Of a stretch of 64,000 nt of DNA, positions 10,465 to 20,789 are shown one piece after another; within the stretch, counting starts at the first letter, position 1, and every line of letters starts with the position of its first letter. The notes below the pieces were generated by a model. That model saw only the letters and a program-made list of their open reading frames with translations. It did not search any database and was not told the DNA's origin. The position numbers and the translations under genes are program-made. The DNA comes from Candidatus Borrarchaeum weybense (GTDB lineage: Archaea > Asgardarchaeota > Sifarchaeia > Borrarchaeales > Borrarchaeaceae): positions 320,799-384,798 of the forward strand of contig JAHQJS010000005.1 in the NCBI GenBank assembly GCA_019057385.1. The letters run 5' to 3'.

Positions 10465-10854
10465 ATAGCCACCGGGCCCTCCCACTACTTCTTTCATCAG
10501 TATTCCGAAGCTACAAAAATCGCAAAAGAACCCATTAAGATCGGGAGAGGGCATTCATGGGTCGCCGATATCGGGCAAAGAAGAGTCCTCTTAAATAGCC
10601 AAGGACATTTCCTCATACGGGGAATTGATTATCAGGAATTCGTCAGGATTGGATCTGATATTGACCTCATTTATACGTCACAAGACGTTCAACACGCTTT
10701 GGAATTGATACAAGCATATCCCATCTCATATATTTACGTTGGACCTGATGAACTGCAACAATATGGCGATGGCGTGGACAAATTCGAAAACCAACACTAT
10801 TTCGAACGCGTCTATTTCAATGACGTGGTGAAAATTTACCGATTGAAATCGTAA
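10465..10854 (+). pseudogene. Fragment resembling the C-terminus of DUF2298/YYY-type membrane proteins
   Basis: Open frame ...PISYIYVGPDELQQYGDGVDKF...FERVYFNDVVKIYRL* with no canonical start near its 5' end and no membrane part. Confidence 0.45.
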
Positions 10855-11745
10855 CCGCTTTCAATAAAACAAGGTGTTAACTCTCTCATTACCAATTGTT
10901 GACATAAAATTGCTTGTTTTTCTCGTCATTTATAGATGATCTTGCTACATTCATGTTGTTCTCGAAATCGTCTTACACAGACATCGTTTCTAATGCTAGC
11001 TACGGTATCTTTTTTGGTAAATCACGCGCGTAATTTCAAAAAAAAACAGTTGATTATAGCTCTATTGACATCTATTTATCATCGTTCGCAAAAATAAACA
11101 TCTGCGCTCCTTATTACAGTGACCTGACAACACTTTTTTACAGGATATGAGCGCTCTTGCCTTGAAACCTTCATTGCGCGACGGTAAAAAAGATACATAT
11201 AAAAGTGCTAAATGCGTAATATTTATATTGCTTCGCTGTATCACATAATTCCCCTCTATCTGAAATATCAATTTCGGATTTACTTAACTATGAGGGGACT
11301 TTTACCAATTGGATGCAACATACAGACCATAGTGCGTCTGTAGGTGAAGTAATTGGTTGTGAGTTCAACGATGAGCTTAAGGGACTGCGGATCTCAAGTC
11401 TCCTAATGACAAAGACTTGCCGATAGAATTTGGTAGTCTTTGTGAAGGCGGATACTGTGGTTCGCAGCGCGGGTTCGCGCACCAGCACCCCCGTCCACTG
11501 CCTTATGAACTCTGGCAGTAGCTGCGGCGCCTCAACGGACTCGGGCTGAACCTTGAGTGATTAGATCCAACTTCCACAAACTTATAGTTATTACTTTTAC
11601 GTATATCAAAGTAATTACCGCGATATACTTGCCTTCATCCCTCTTGTGGAGGAAGAGGGAACTGCTTTTCATGAGAATGTGGTCGTAGAAGGACTTAGTG
11701 GTTATGGTGAACACATTATCATAACTCGATTGAGTCTCGTTAAAT

Positions 11746-11764
11746 GAGCAGGCTCGCTTGTGGC
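11746..11764 (+). other. 16S processing stem, 5' strand (pairs with ~14459-14478)
   Basis: GAGCAGGCTCGCTTGTGGC is complementary, with bulges, to GCCAAGCTTGAGTCTGCTC after the 16S 3' end. Confidence 0.75.
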
Positions 11765-12035
11765 TCCGATACCGGTTGATCCTGCCGGACCCGACCGCTA
11801 TTGGGATGGGATTAAGCCATGCAAGTTGTGCGCTCCTAGTTATGAAGGAGAGCGGCAAAAAGCTCTGTAACGTGTAGTTAACCTCTCCTCAGGACGGGCA
11901 TACCCTCGGGAAACTGAGGTCAATTCCCGATAGTTGATTAGGCCTGGAATGGTTTTTCTTCCAAAGGTATCTTCTCATGCGAGGATACTACCTGAGGATG
12001 GGACTGCATCTGATTAGGTAGATGGTGGGGTAACG

Positions 12036-12074
12036 TGACCTTTAGTACACTCTTACACACTATCGGTCTTATAC
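12036..12074 (+). other. 16S intron 1 (39 nt, ~E. coli 265/266)
   Basis: BHB GTAA/TTAT, bulges CG|T and AC|G, inner GACC/GGTC; removal restores GGGGTAACGGCCCACC. Confidence 0.9.
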
Positions 12075-12158
12075 GCCCACCATGCCGATAATCAGTACGG
12101 GCTGTGAGAGCAGTAGCCCGGAGATGGAGACTGAGACAACGCTCCAGGGCCTACGGGC

Positions 12159-12195
<37 letters not shown>

Positions 12196-12280
12196 TGACG
12201 GGGCCATCCCAAGTGCCATCCGATAAGGGTGGCTTTTTCTCAGTGTAAAAAGCTGGGCGAATAAGGGGAGGGCAAGGCTG

Positions 12281-12406
12281 ACTGGATTGAGGCAAATCAC
12301 TAACACTATATTCTCGATGAACTATACTTCCCTAAAACGCGGCGCTTATAGTTCATCAAAAACTCTTATGCTTATCAAACTTACAAAACGCCTCATCCAG
12401 GCCTAT
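12281..12406 (+). other. 16S intron 2 (126 nt, ~514/515)
   Basis: BHB AGGC/GCCT, inner CTGGA/TCCAG; restores GGCAAGGCTGGTGCCAGCC. Confidence 0.92.
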
Positions 12407-12614
12407 GTGCCAGCCGCCGCGGTAAAACCAGCTCCTCGAGTAGTCGGGAGTATTACTGGGCCTAAAGCGTCCGTAGCCGGCTTTGTAAGTTCCTGGTCAA
12501 ACCCAGCGGCTTAACCGTTGGCTTGCTGGGGATACTGCAAAGCTTGGGAATCAGAGAGGCCAAGGGTACTAACAGGGTAGGGGTGAAATCCTGTAATCCT
12601 GTTGGGACCACCGG

Positions 12615-12645
12615 ACAGCAGAGAGACACTCTCCTGCTGGGTGAG
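12615..12645 (+). other. 16S intron 3 (31 nt, ~722/723)
   Basis: BHB CACC/GGTG, inner CAGCAG/CTGCTG; restores GACCACCGGTGGCGAAGG. Confidence 0.92.
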
Positions 12646-12716
12646 TGGCGAAGGCGCTTGGCTGGAAGATGTCCGACGGTGAGGGACGAAAGCCAGGGGA
12701 GCGAACCGGATTAGAT

Positions 12717-12747
12717 ACTTGGTGCTAATTATTGTATCATGCTAAAA
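12717..12747 (+). other. 16S intron 4 (31 nt, ~793/794)
   Basis: BHB TTAG/CTAA; restores GGATTAGATACCCGGGTAGTCC. Confidence 0.9.
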
Positions 12748-12872
12748 ACCCGGGTAGTCCTGGCTGTAAACGATGCGAGCTAGGTGTTTGCGTGGCTACG
12801 GGCTATGCAAGTGCCGTAGAGAAGTCGTTAAGCTCGCCGCCTGGGGAGTACGGCCGCAAGGCTGAAACTTAA

Positions 12873-12934
<62 letters not shown>

Positions 12935-13040
12935 AAGCCTGCGGTTTAATTGGACTCAACGCCGGGAAGCTTACCGGGGGCGACAGCTGGATGAAAGCCA
13001 GGCTGATGACCTTGCTGGACTAGCTGAGAGGAGGTGCATG

Positions 13041-13919
13041 AGGTAGTCAGGTCGTTAGCAAAACTTTTCGTCGCTTTCCTTTTCCTCTCAATAACAAAAG
13101 TCTAGATTCTTCCTGATGTCCTTTTTAATTAAAAGGGATAAGTCAGGTTGAATTCAAATGACTATTGGCGACAAAGGAAAGTTTGTTTTACTTAAAACGA
13201 AAAGTCTCATCAATCGCATACGTCAACAGCATAATGAAACAGTTCGTGGTATTTACGAGCATGTCGCAGATCTTGTTAAATGGAATACATTTCGAGACTG
13301 GGCTTATAGAGGCTGGTCACGAATGCCTTTAGAAGTATTTAGGCGACTAAAAAGTAAATACAAACTCAAAGAATCACCAAAAACGGTTACAGAAAAACAA
13401 TGGTATACACTAACTCGAACGAGAGCCGCTGAAATAATGCATAAATGCCACCCTCATAAAGAGTGGCTATCAGAAGCCGCAAAAAAAGGCGGCGAGGCTG
13501 TAAAAGAAAAATATGGTGTTAAATATCTAACAAACCTTTCTGCAAAGGCGATTCACTCGTCATCTAGTTATAGGTATGAAGACGATGATGGAAACAAATA
13601 TCGCAGCCGCTTAGAATTATCCATCGCTAAACTACTCCGAACGCATAATTTGAAGTTTATATATGAACCAGAGATTGAGGGATATGTTCCAGATTTCAAG
13701 ATTAATAATCCCCTCATCGAAGTGTGCGGTTATTTCCGTGATAAAGATTATCTTACTCGACTTAAAGTCAAACTAACTGATTTAGTCAATAAAGGCTGGC
13801 AAATAATTCTAATATGCGAGCCTAGCAAAAAAGCAGTTCTCACTGAAGCAGTTAAAGGTATATCCATAAATGCGATTAAGACAACAGATGAGTTTCGACG
13901 ATTTCTGACTACCGGCAAA
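13041..13919 (+). mobile_element. 16S intron 6 (879 nt, ~1057/1058) carrying a nuclease ORF
   Basis: Inner stem GGTAGTCAG/CTGACTACC with BHB-like bulges; restores GGTGCATGGCCGTCGCCAG. Confidence 0.92.
13158..13919 (+). CDS. Intron-encoded PD-(D/E)xK-like endonuclease (linear reading runs to 13955; circular form ends ...TTGKR*)
   Basis: YRS.LE..IAKLL....KF.YEP.....PDF.....LIEV.G nuclease core; N-terminal HTH-like segment and KGG motif. Confidence 0.75.
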
Positions 13920-14233
13920 GCCGTCGCCAGTTCGTGCCGTGAGGTGTCCTGTTAAGTCAGGCAACGAACGAGACCCCTGCGCCTAGTTGCCAGCGGATCT
14001 CTGCGGAGATGCCGGGCACACTATGCGGACCGCAGCCGATAAGGCTGAGGAAGGAGGGGGCCACGGCAGGTCAGTATGCCCCGAATCCCCCGGGCTACAC
14101 GCGGGCTGCAATGACGGGTACAATAGGTTTCGACTCCGAGAGGAGGAGGCAATCCTCAAAACCCGTCGCAGTTGGGATCGAGCGCTGCAACTCGCGCTCG
14201 TGAACATGGAATCCCTAGTAATCGCGTGTCATC

Positions 14234-14284
<51 letters not shown>

Positions 14285-14318
14285 TCCGAGTGAGCTTTAG
14301 GCGAGGCGCGTTCCGTAG

Positions 14319-14351
14319 GCAGTATAGGACAACTGTCACATACTGACGGAA
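14319..14351 (+). other. 16S intron 7 (33 nt, tip of helix 44)
   Basis: BHB CCGT/ACGG, bulges AG|G and AA|G, inner CAGTA/TACTG; the host region is variable, so less certain. Confidence 0.75.
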
Positions 14352-14380
14352 GATCGTGTCGAACCTGGGGTTCGCAAGGA

Positions 14381-14435
<55 letters not shown>

Positions 14436-15257
14436 CGTAATTAATTTATCCTTTAAGGGCCAAGCTTGAGTCTGCTCATGCGAAAAGACTGCAATCGGGA
14501 ACAATATGATGTGAACCATAAATCACCAGGTTATACATGAAATGCCATATTTTTAGCCGCTTACATAGGTGCGAATGGAACCAGGGGCTCATTAGTGTCT
14601 GGATACATACGCCATCTGGTGGATGACTTGGTTTGGGCACTGAGGAAGGTCGTGGCAAGCTGCGATAAGCCTGGGGTAGGTGCATGCTGCCTTCGAACCC
14701 AGGATTGCCGAATAGGACTTCCAATTAAGGATTAATAACCCTTAATGATCCGTAAGGATCGGGAACCCCGTGAACGGAAACATCTTAGTAACGGGAGGAA
14801 AAGAAACCAATAGGGATTCCCTTAGTAAGGGCGACTGAACGGGGAAGAGAGCAAACTGAACCCCTTAAGGATGACTTAGGGGGGATGTGGTGTGGTAGGC
14901 CTGGTTTCGGCCTACTCAATGAAGTTGAAATGGTCTGGAACGTCCCGCCGTAGAGGGTGAAAGCCCCGTAAACGTAAATTGAGAGGTCTTATGACCAGTG
15001 TCCTTGAGTACTGTGGGCTGGATACCTCGCAGGAATCTGAGAGACACTCACTCTCAACTCTAAATATGTCCCAAATCCGATAGTGCACTAGTACCTTGAG
15101 GGAAAGTTGCAAAGTACCGCGAAAGCGGGGTTAAAAGAGCCTGAAACCAGATGGTAACAGACGTGCGCGGCCCGAAAGGGTAGAGTCTCTTTGAAGGAAC
15201 CCGGAGTAATCCGGCAGTACGAAGAGAGAGGACCAGGGTTGCGCAATCCGTCTTGAA

Positions 15258-15287
15258 ATCAGACGAGATATCCTCGTCTAACAAGAA
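15258..15287 (+). other. 23S intron A (30 nt)
   Basis: BHB CTTG/CAAG, inner AGACGAG/CTCGTCT; restores GTCTTGAAACACGGGCC. Confidence 0.9.
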
Positions 15288-15641
15288 ACACGGGCCGGGG
15301 AGTTTATGGTCGTGGCGAGTTTAAGTGGATCATCCACGTAGGCGAAGGGAAACCGACAGCACGCATCTAGGCGTACCAGCTCACCAACAGTTGGGCTGTG
15401 GTCTATACCGAACCTCATTTGTCCTAATTCTTTCAATGGCTTCGGCCAACGAGAGAGGCAGGGCGCCGAGTGGACGTATGGTCTTCATCTCGACTCAGTA
15501 GTGGGTATGGGCAACTAGTCAGGTGCGAGGTCTTAATCGGCCTGGAGTCACGATTGTAAGACCCGAAAGCGAGTGATCTAGCCCTGGGCAAGATGAAGCC
15601 AGGGGAAACTCTGGTGGAGGTCTGCAGGGGTGTTGACGTAC

Positions 15642-15676
15642 AAGGAAATGAGAGATCATACTCTCGTTCTGCGTAA
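15642..15676 (+). other. 23S intron B (35 nt, helix 35 region)
   Basis: BHB ACGT/GCGT; restores GTTGACGTACAATTCAC. Confidence 0.88.
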
Positions 15677-15716
15677 AATTCACTCCCATGACCTGGGGTT
15701 AGTGGCAAAAGACCAA

Positions 15717-16719
15717 TCGCATTAACAAATGAGCCAATAACTAGCGTTCTCTAATTCCATTAAAAGCAGCCTTTTAATACTAAATTTGATATTATCTGTG
15801 AATAGTTGAATTCGGAGAATCATTGATGACTCAAAGAAAAAAATGGACTGCATATCGCATTAACAAAGATTTTGTTCGCAACAACAAAAAACGAGAACTA
15901 GCAAAATTAGCAGCATTTTTACTTACAGACGGGGGTTTATCCAGAGATAAAAGAACATATGTCATTTATTTCACAAACAAGTCTGAAGTATTACACGAAG
16001 TGTTTGAATCTCTTATAAGAGATCTTGTCCCTCAAGCTAATATGCGAAGCTCAATGTACAAAGGTGTTAAAAGAACTTACTTTAACAGTCTAGAACTTGC
16101 TGAATTGCTTTTTGAACTATCAGATTCTTATCGAACGGCACCATGCGAATCGTATCCAGTTTGCGCTAAGATTCGCGATAAACCCGAAATGATTCCTTGT
16201 ATCAAGTGCAATCAAATACGTGGATATCCCAATGCTACGTATCCTGAGATCAGCGACTTGGAATTGCTGGAAGAAATCTTGCAAATAATTGCGGATACTG
16301 AAGGTGGACCCGTTCTTTTTATTCATAGATATCCTAAATATATCTCTATAAGAAGAAGAATTGAGATAGGATGTTCGCATCCGATTCTTAAGAAACAAAT
16401 TAAACAAATGCTGGAAAAATTAGCTATTCCTAGCAAAATCGCAAAGGATACAATTAGAATTGAAGGTAAAGGAATTAGGATCTTTCGTGACAAAATAGGC
16501 TTTCGAAAGAACGTCAAAATGAGTACTGGTAACTTCGAAGGCTATAATAAGAACAGTGTATTAGAAATTATGATTATCACTAACGAATTGATAACTAAGA
16601 AAAAGTTCTTTCCAAGTAAAGTTGATAACTTGAATGCAATGTTAATGAAGGCTGTAGAACTTTTTGATAATACTTTTTCGCGAGAACGCGTTGTTGAGTT
16701 TTTAGTTAATGGGGGTTAG
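15717..16719 (+). mobile_element. 23S intron C (1003 nt, ~789/790) encoding a LAGLIDADG homing endonuclease
   Basis: BHB GACC/GGTT, bulges AA|T and AG|A, inner CGCATTAAC/GTTAATGGG; the ORF stop TAG is the last 3 nt of the intron. Confidence 0.88.
15823..16719 (+). CDS. Two-motif LAGLIDADG homing endonuclease
   Basis: LAAFLLTDGGL...IYFTNKS..L...F and LQIIADTEGG; Cys cluster between the two domains. Confidence 0.85.
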   Translation: MMTQRKKWTAYRINKDFVRNNKKRELAKLAAFLLTDGGLSRDKRTYVIYFTNKSEVLHEVFESLIRDLVPQANMRSSMYKGVKRTYFNSLELAELLFELSDSYRTAPCESYPVCAKIRDKPEMIPCIKCNQIRGYPNATYPEISDLELLEEILQIIADTEGGPVLFIHRYPKYISIRRRIEIGCSHPILKKQIKQMLEKLAIPSKIAKDTIRIEGKGIRIFRDKIGFRKNVKMSTGNFEGYNKNSVLEIMIITNELITKKKFFPSKVDNLNAMLMKAVELFDNTFSRERVVEFLVNGG

Positions 16720-16750
16720 ATAAGGAAGGGTGTGTCCCTCCTTAGGTAAA
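16720..16750 (+). other. 23S intron D (31 nt), directly abutting intron C at the same exon site
   Basis: After C is removed: GACC/GGTA helix, bulges AA|A and AA|T, inner TAAGG/CCTTA; final product GACCAATCTAACTCGC. Confidence 0.8.
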
Positions 16751-17054
16751 TCTAACTCGCTTATAGCTGGTTCCCCCCGAAGTGCATCTCAGTGCAGTCT
16801 GATCCGAGGTAGCTGGTGGGGTAGAGCACTGATTGTGGAAAGGTGGAGGAGAAATCCTTGCCGCCGCTCTCAAACTCCGAATCTGCCAGCGCCGTAGACG
16901 GTTGGAAACGGGCGGCCGGGCGTAAGGTCCGGCGCCGAGAGAGGAACAACTCTGACTGCGGTTAAGGTCCCTAAGTGCTAGCTAAGTGTGATCATGAAGG
17001 CTGTGGGCAGTCTTAGACAGTGGGGAGGTAGGCTTAGAAGCAGCCATCCTCTAA

Positions 17055-17075
17055 ACTGCTAAAAAGCAGAGAGAA
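17055..17075 (+). other. 23S intron E (21 nt, GTPase-associated region ~1085)
   Basis: BHB CTCT/AGAG, inner CTGCT/AGCAG. Confidence 0.88.
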
Positions 17076-17675
17076 TGAACGCGTAACAGCGCACCCATTG
17101 AGACTGTCCGCGCCGAAAATGGACGGGGCTTAAGCTAGCCACCGATACCGCGGAGCTGACGAAAACTTAGCATGAATCGTCATCTCATTTTCGAATGATT
17201 TGATTTACTCATGTTAATTGAGTACTCAGTTGGTAGGGGGGCGAGCCGGTTGGGCGGAAGCTGGGCTGTGAAGTCCAGTGGACCGACCGGTTTCGCAGAT
17301 CCCGGTGGTAGTAACAGCGTAGTCGGGTGAAAATCCCGATCGCCGGAAGGGCAAGGGTTCCTCGGCAATGCGTCGTCAGCCGAGGGTTAGTCGGTCCTAA
17401 GTCTGGGCGTAAGTCGCGTAAGGCGAAAGGGTAAACGGTTTATATTCCGTTACTACGAGGATACACGCGGTAACGCAAGCCAAGATTCTGACGCTTTCGG
17501 ATAGGCCGATTAGAGCTATCGCTCTAATTAAATGTAGAAACCTCAGGAGTACCGTAATGGTGAGAATGAGGTGAATGCATGAATAGCTTTCCGTAATAGG
17601 TGAGTTCGGTCAACTCCAGGAGCCATTGAAAAAGGACTTGGAAGGATTCTTCGTATCCGTACCCAGAACTGACAC

Positions 17676-17726
17676 TTAGATCGTACAGGAACGTGACAAT
17701 CTAGTCATGCGGACGATTTAGTCAAA
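17676..17726 (+). other. 23S intron F (51 nt, ~1617/1618)
   Basis: BHB TGAC/GTCA, inner TAGATCGT/ACGATTTA; restores CTGACACAGGTG. Confidence 0.92.
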
Positions 17727-18384
17727 AGGTGCCCCTAGGTGAGCAGCCTAAGGCGTTTCGGGTGAACTCTGGGCTAGGGAAATCGGCAAATTGGCCCCGT
17801 ACCTTCGGAAGAAGGGGTGCCTACGGTCTTGGGTCGCAAACTTGGGACCGTAGGTCGCAGTGACCAGGAAGTGCTATCTGTTTAATAAAAACATAGCTAA
17901 CTGCTAGCGCGAAAGCGTGTGTACAGTTAGTGAGTCCTGGCCAGTGGCGGTAAGTTAAACCTGAGTTCAATCGGGCGAAGCTCCGCTAAACGCCGGGAGT
18001 AACTATAACTCTCTTAAGGTAGCCAAATGCCTTGCCGGATAAGTACCGGCGTGCATGAAGGGAGCAATGAGCGCTTTACTGTCCCAGCCTGGAACCCGGT
18101 GAACCCACTACCTGGCGAACAGTCCAGGGAGTCCTTGCGGGAAGAGAAGACCCCGTGGAGCTTTACTGCAGCCTGTGCCTGTGCTACGATCGTTGATGCA
18201 GAGCGTAGTCGGGAGCCGTTAATCCCAGCCTCTTCGGGGGTTGGAGTAGGCAACCTTGGAACACCGACCTTCTTTGATTGTATCGCTAACCGGAACGAAC
18301 GTTCTGGAACAAGTGCAGGTGGGCAGTTTCGCTGGGGCGGCAGACCCTTGAAAATGTATCAAGGGTGCCCAAAGGTCAGCTCAG

Positions 18385-18416
18385 AATGCAATTACGTAAG
18401 TGAGTTGCATGAGTAA
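18385..18416 (+). other. 23S intron G (32 nt)
   Basis: BHB GCTC/GAGT, inner ATGCAATT/AGTTGCAT. Confidence 0.9.
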
Positions 18417-18427
18417 GTGGGTCAGAA

Positions 18428-18470
18428 TCAACGGATGAGATTCTGGCTATGACCTTATCAGTTGCTGAAT
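18428..18470 (+). other. 23S intron H (43 nt)
   Basis: BHB TCAG/CTGA, inner CAAC/GTTG; restores GGTGGGTCAGAAATCCACC. Confidence 0.9.
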
Positions 18471-18488
18471 ATCCACCGTAGAGCGTAA

Positions 18489-18519
18489 AGGTGAAGGTGA
18501 CCACCACCTTGCCATGTAG
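18489..18519 (+). other. 23S intron I (31 nt)
   Basis: BHB GCGT/ATGT, inner AAGGTG/CACCTT; restores GAGCGTAAAGGTAAAAGC. Confidence 0.88.
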
Positions 18520-18642
18520 AGGTAAAAGCTGGCTTGACTGTATTCTGACCAGTAAAGAATGCAGGAACGAAAGTTGGGCTTAGCGATCCTCAATACCTTA
18601 TCAGTGGGGGTTTGAGGTGACAGAAAAGTTACCCCGGGGATA

Positions 18643-18756
18643 AATGCGTCAGTTTTGTGAATATAGAAAGTGTGTAGACAAAGCTTAGTAAAGTTGTATG
18701 GGTAATTTAGCTTTGACGATTGTACAACTTTATGAGCGTCTGCGGCGCATTCCCAA
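18643..18756 (+). other. 23S intron J (114 nt, A2450/A2451, peptidyl-transferase centre)
   Basis: BHB GGGA/TCCC, inner ATGCGTC/GGCGCAT; restores GGGGATAACAG. Confidence 0.92.
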
Positions 18757-18872
18757 ACAGAGTCGTCGCGGGCAAGAGCCCATATCGACCCCGCGGCTTG
18801 CTACCTCGATGTCGGCTCTTCCTATCCTCGATGTGCAGCAGCGTCGAAGGGTGGGGTTGTTCGCCCATTAAA

Positions 18873-18904
18873 AAGGAGGCGAAAAATACCTCTCTCCTTA
18901 ATAG
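18873..18904 (+). other. 23S intron K (32 nt, ~2566)
   Basis: BHB ATTA/TAAT, inner AGGAG/CTCCT. Confidence 0.9.
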
Positions 18905-19059
<155 letters not shown>

Positions 19060-19502
19060 ACAGGTTGGATTCTATCTGCAAGGACTGCCGGTGGTCTGAG
19101 GGTAGGGTGTTCTTAGTACGAGAGGAACGGAACGTCGGAGCCTCTAGTGTACCAGTTGTCCGAAAGGGCAGAGCTGGGCAGCCACGCTCTAACCGATAAG
19201 AGCTGAAAGCATCTAAGCTCGAAGCGGGTCCCGAAAAGAGACCACCAATCACCAACAGAGGAGTTAGGGTGACCGTCCGTAACTGTTGGGGACGAGGACT
19301 CCAGGAAAACACTGGTTTGATAGAGCTGAGGTGTAAGTGTCGAGGGTACAGAGATGGTACTCTTAGTATTGTACACTCGCCTAAATCCCTCCAACCTCTT
19401 GGTCATGTACATAACCGTCTCTTCGGAGATAGTTGTGTCGTGATTAATGTTGTTGGGCCGAGGCACTCAGCCTGCAGCCACTAAACGTCCGAGTGTTCAG
19501 AC

Positions 19503-19524
19503 AGAACCCCGGTCCATGCAAAAC
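19503..19524 (+). repeat. 22-bp direct repeat, copy 1 (23S 3' processing-stem strand)
   Basis: AGAACCCCGGTCCATGCAAAAC, identical at 21656-21677. Confidence 0.9.
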
Positions 19525-19588
19525 TTATGTAGCGTAATGGCGGAAGTGTGGTGTTTCATGTTATGTATGAGTCCTTCTACGATACGAC

Positions 19589-19613
19589 AGGGAGTTTACT
19601 CCCTATTTTTTTT
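19589..19613 (+). terminator. Probable rRNA operon terminator
   Basis: AGGGAGT/ACTCCCT hairpin followed by T8. Confidence 0.55.
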
Positions 19614-19758
19614 GGGTGTATCGTATGACGATGTCATAAAAATTACTATAAAAACATATATTCCTAAGTTTATCAGCATAATTGATCCAAACTTGGATCT
19701 GTTATCCGTCACAAAAGCCTTTTCTATCTTCTCTCCCCATCCGACATTATCATCTTTA

Positions 19759-20631
19759 CTAAGATAGCATCTTAATCCGATTTAGATAAGAATTATAATC
19801 TATGTCATCCATTCGAAAAAGTTCCCATAGTATATCATTGGCGACTTGTTTACATTCCTCTGCTTCATCTGAAGTAGGTCTATACTCAGAATGTATAATT
19901 CGATTACGAATCATTCTGAGGTTATCATATCTTTTGAACTCCTCTGTTGGGATAATTCCTTCATTTTTTAAATATCGCATTTTTTTATGAACAGTCCATT
20001 CTCTATTGAGTTTCTCTATTAAGTCCTGAAATACGCCTTTTTTAATAAAATATTCTTCTAATTTTATTGAAAAGAAAATCTCAAGCGTTATCCAGCCAAG
20101 CAAGAAACAATTAGTATATTTCTGTTTACCCCATTCGGAATAGCACTCATAGAACGTGAATATTGGAATTTTAAATTTAGAATGAAAGATTCTTTCTGCA
20201 AAATCAAGTATTACTTTCAATTCATCTATTGTAAGAATTTCTTTATAACCTTCTCTCATATCTGGTGAGACATGTAGCCATCCGCGATCTATAAATGGAG
20301 TTACTTCGAGATTCTTCAGTTTTTTTGTTATTGGGTCGAAATTTACTTCTGCAAGCTCTTTTGGATATGTATTTCTGACTCTATACTTAAGCAAAGTTGT
20401 CGATAGAAAAATTGAGTTTAGAACTTGAGCAGAATAATCCCTATCATCTTTATCTGTACTTAGAAAGCCACTTTGATGAATGAAAATCTTGTCGTTGTTA
20501 AAGAGAAACTCGTAAAAAGTTTTTCCAACAAGTAAAGTGTTTCTTACGTCATATATGTCTATTTCTTTTTCAAAGAAAAGTGGAGGAAAAAAATACGTGC
20601 CAAAACCCTTTATAGACTCTGCCATAAGCAA
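19759..20631 (-). CDS. Hypothetical protein with a C-terminal HEPN-like domain
   Basis: Helical C-terminus with W..LE and RNRIIH (RxxxxH) motif. Confidence 0.6.
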   Translation of the reverse strand: MLMAESIKGFGTYFFPPLFFEKEIDIYDVRNTLLVGKTFYEFLFNNDKIFIHQSGFLSTDKDDRDYSAQVLNSIFLSTTLLKYRVRNTYPKELAEVNFDPITKKLKNLEVTPFIDRGWLHVSPDMREGYKEILTIDELKVILDFAERIFHSKFKIPIFTFYECYSEWGKQKYTNCFLLGWITLEIFFSIKLEEYFIKKGVFQDLIEKLNREWTVHKKMRYLKNEGIIPTEEFKRYDNLRMIRNRIIHSEYRPTSDEAEECKQVANDILWELFRMDDIDYNSYLNRIKMLS

Positions 20632-20789
20632 TCAACTATTTCTGATTCTGATAGCTATTCTTAAGATATTATTGATTATCTTTTTTTGAACATTAACTTT
20701 TTGTGATCCTTATATACTCGTTTTAATCATTATTACTGCCTAAGTTCACCAAGAAACAAAAATATTACAATTTATCGCAGGAGAATTAT

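Noticed and set aside
9743-10554. ORFs across the tRNA cluster, and likewise 62229-62567
   Set aside because: They overlap tRNA genes or lie antisense to a real gene
11290-11768. 5S rRNA, SRP RNA or tRNA-Sec hidden in the leader
   Set aside because: I could not find their conserved motifs or a cloverleaf on either strand
17155-17230. AT-rich 23S insert as a 13th intron
   Set aside because: No BHB register restores a sensible helix, so it is treated as an expansion segment (uncertain)
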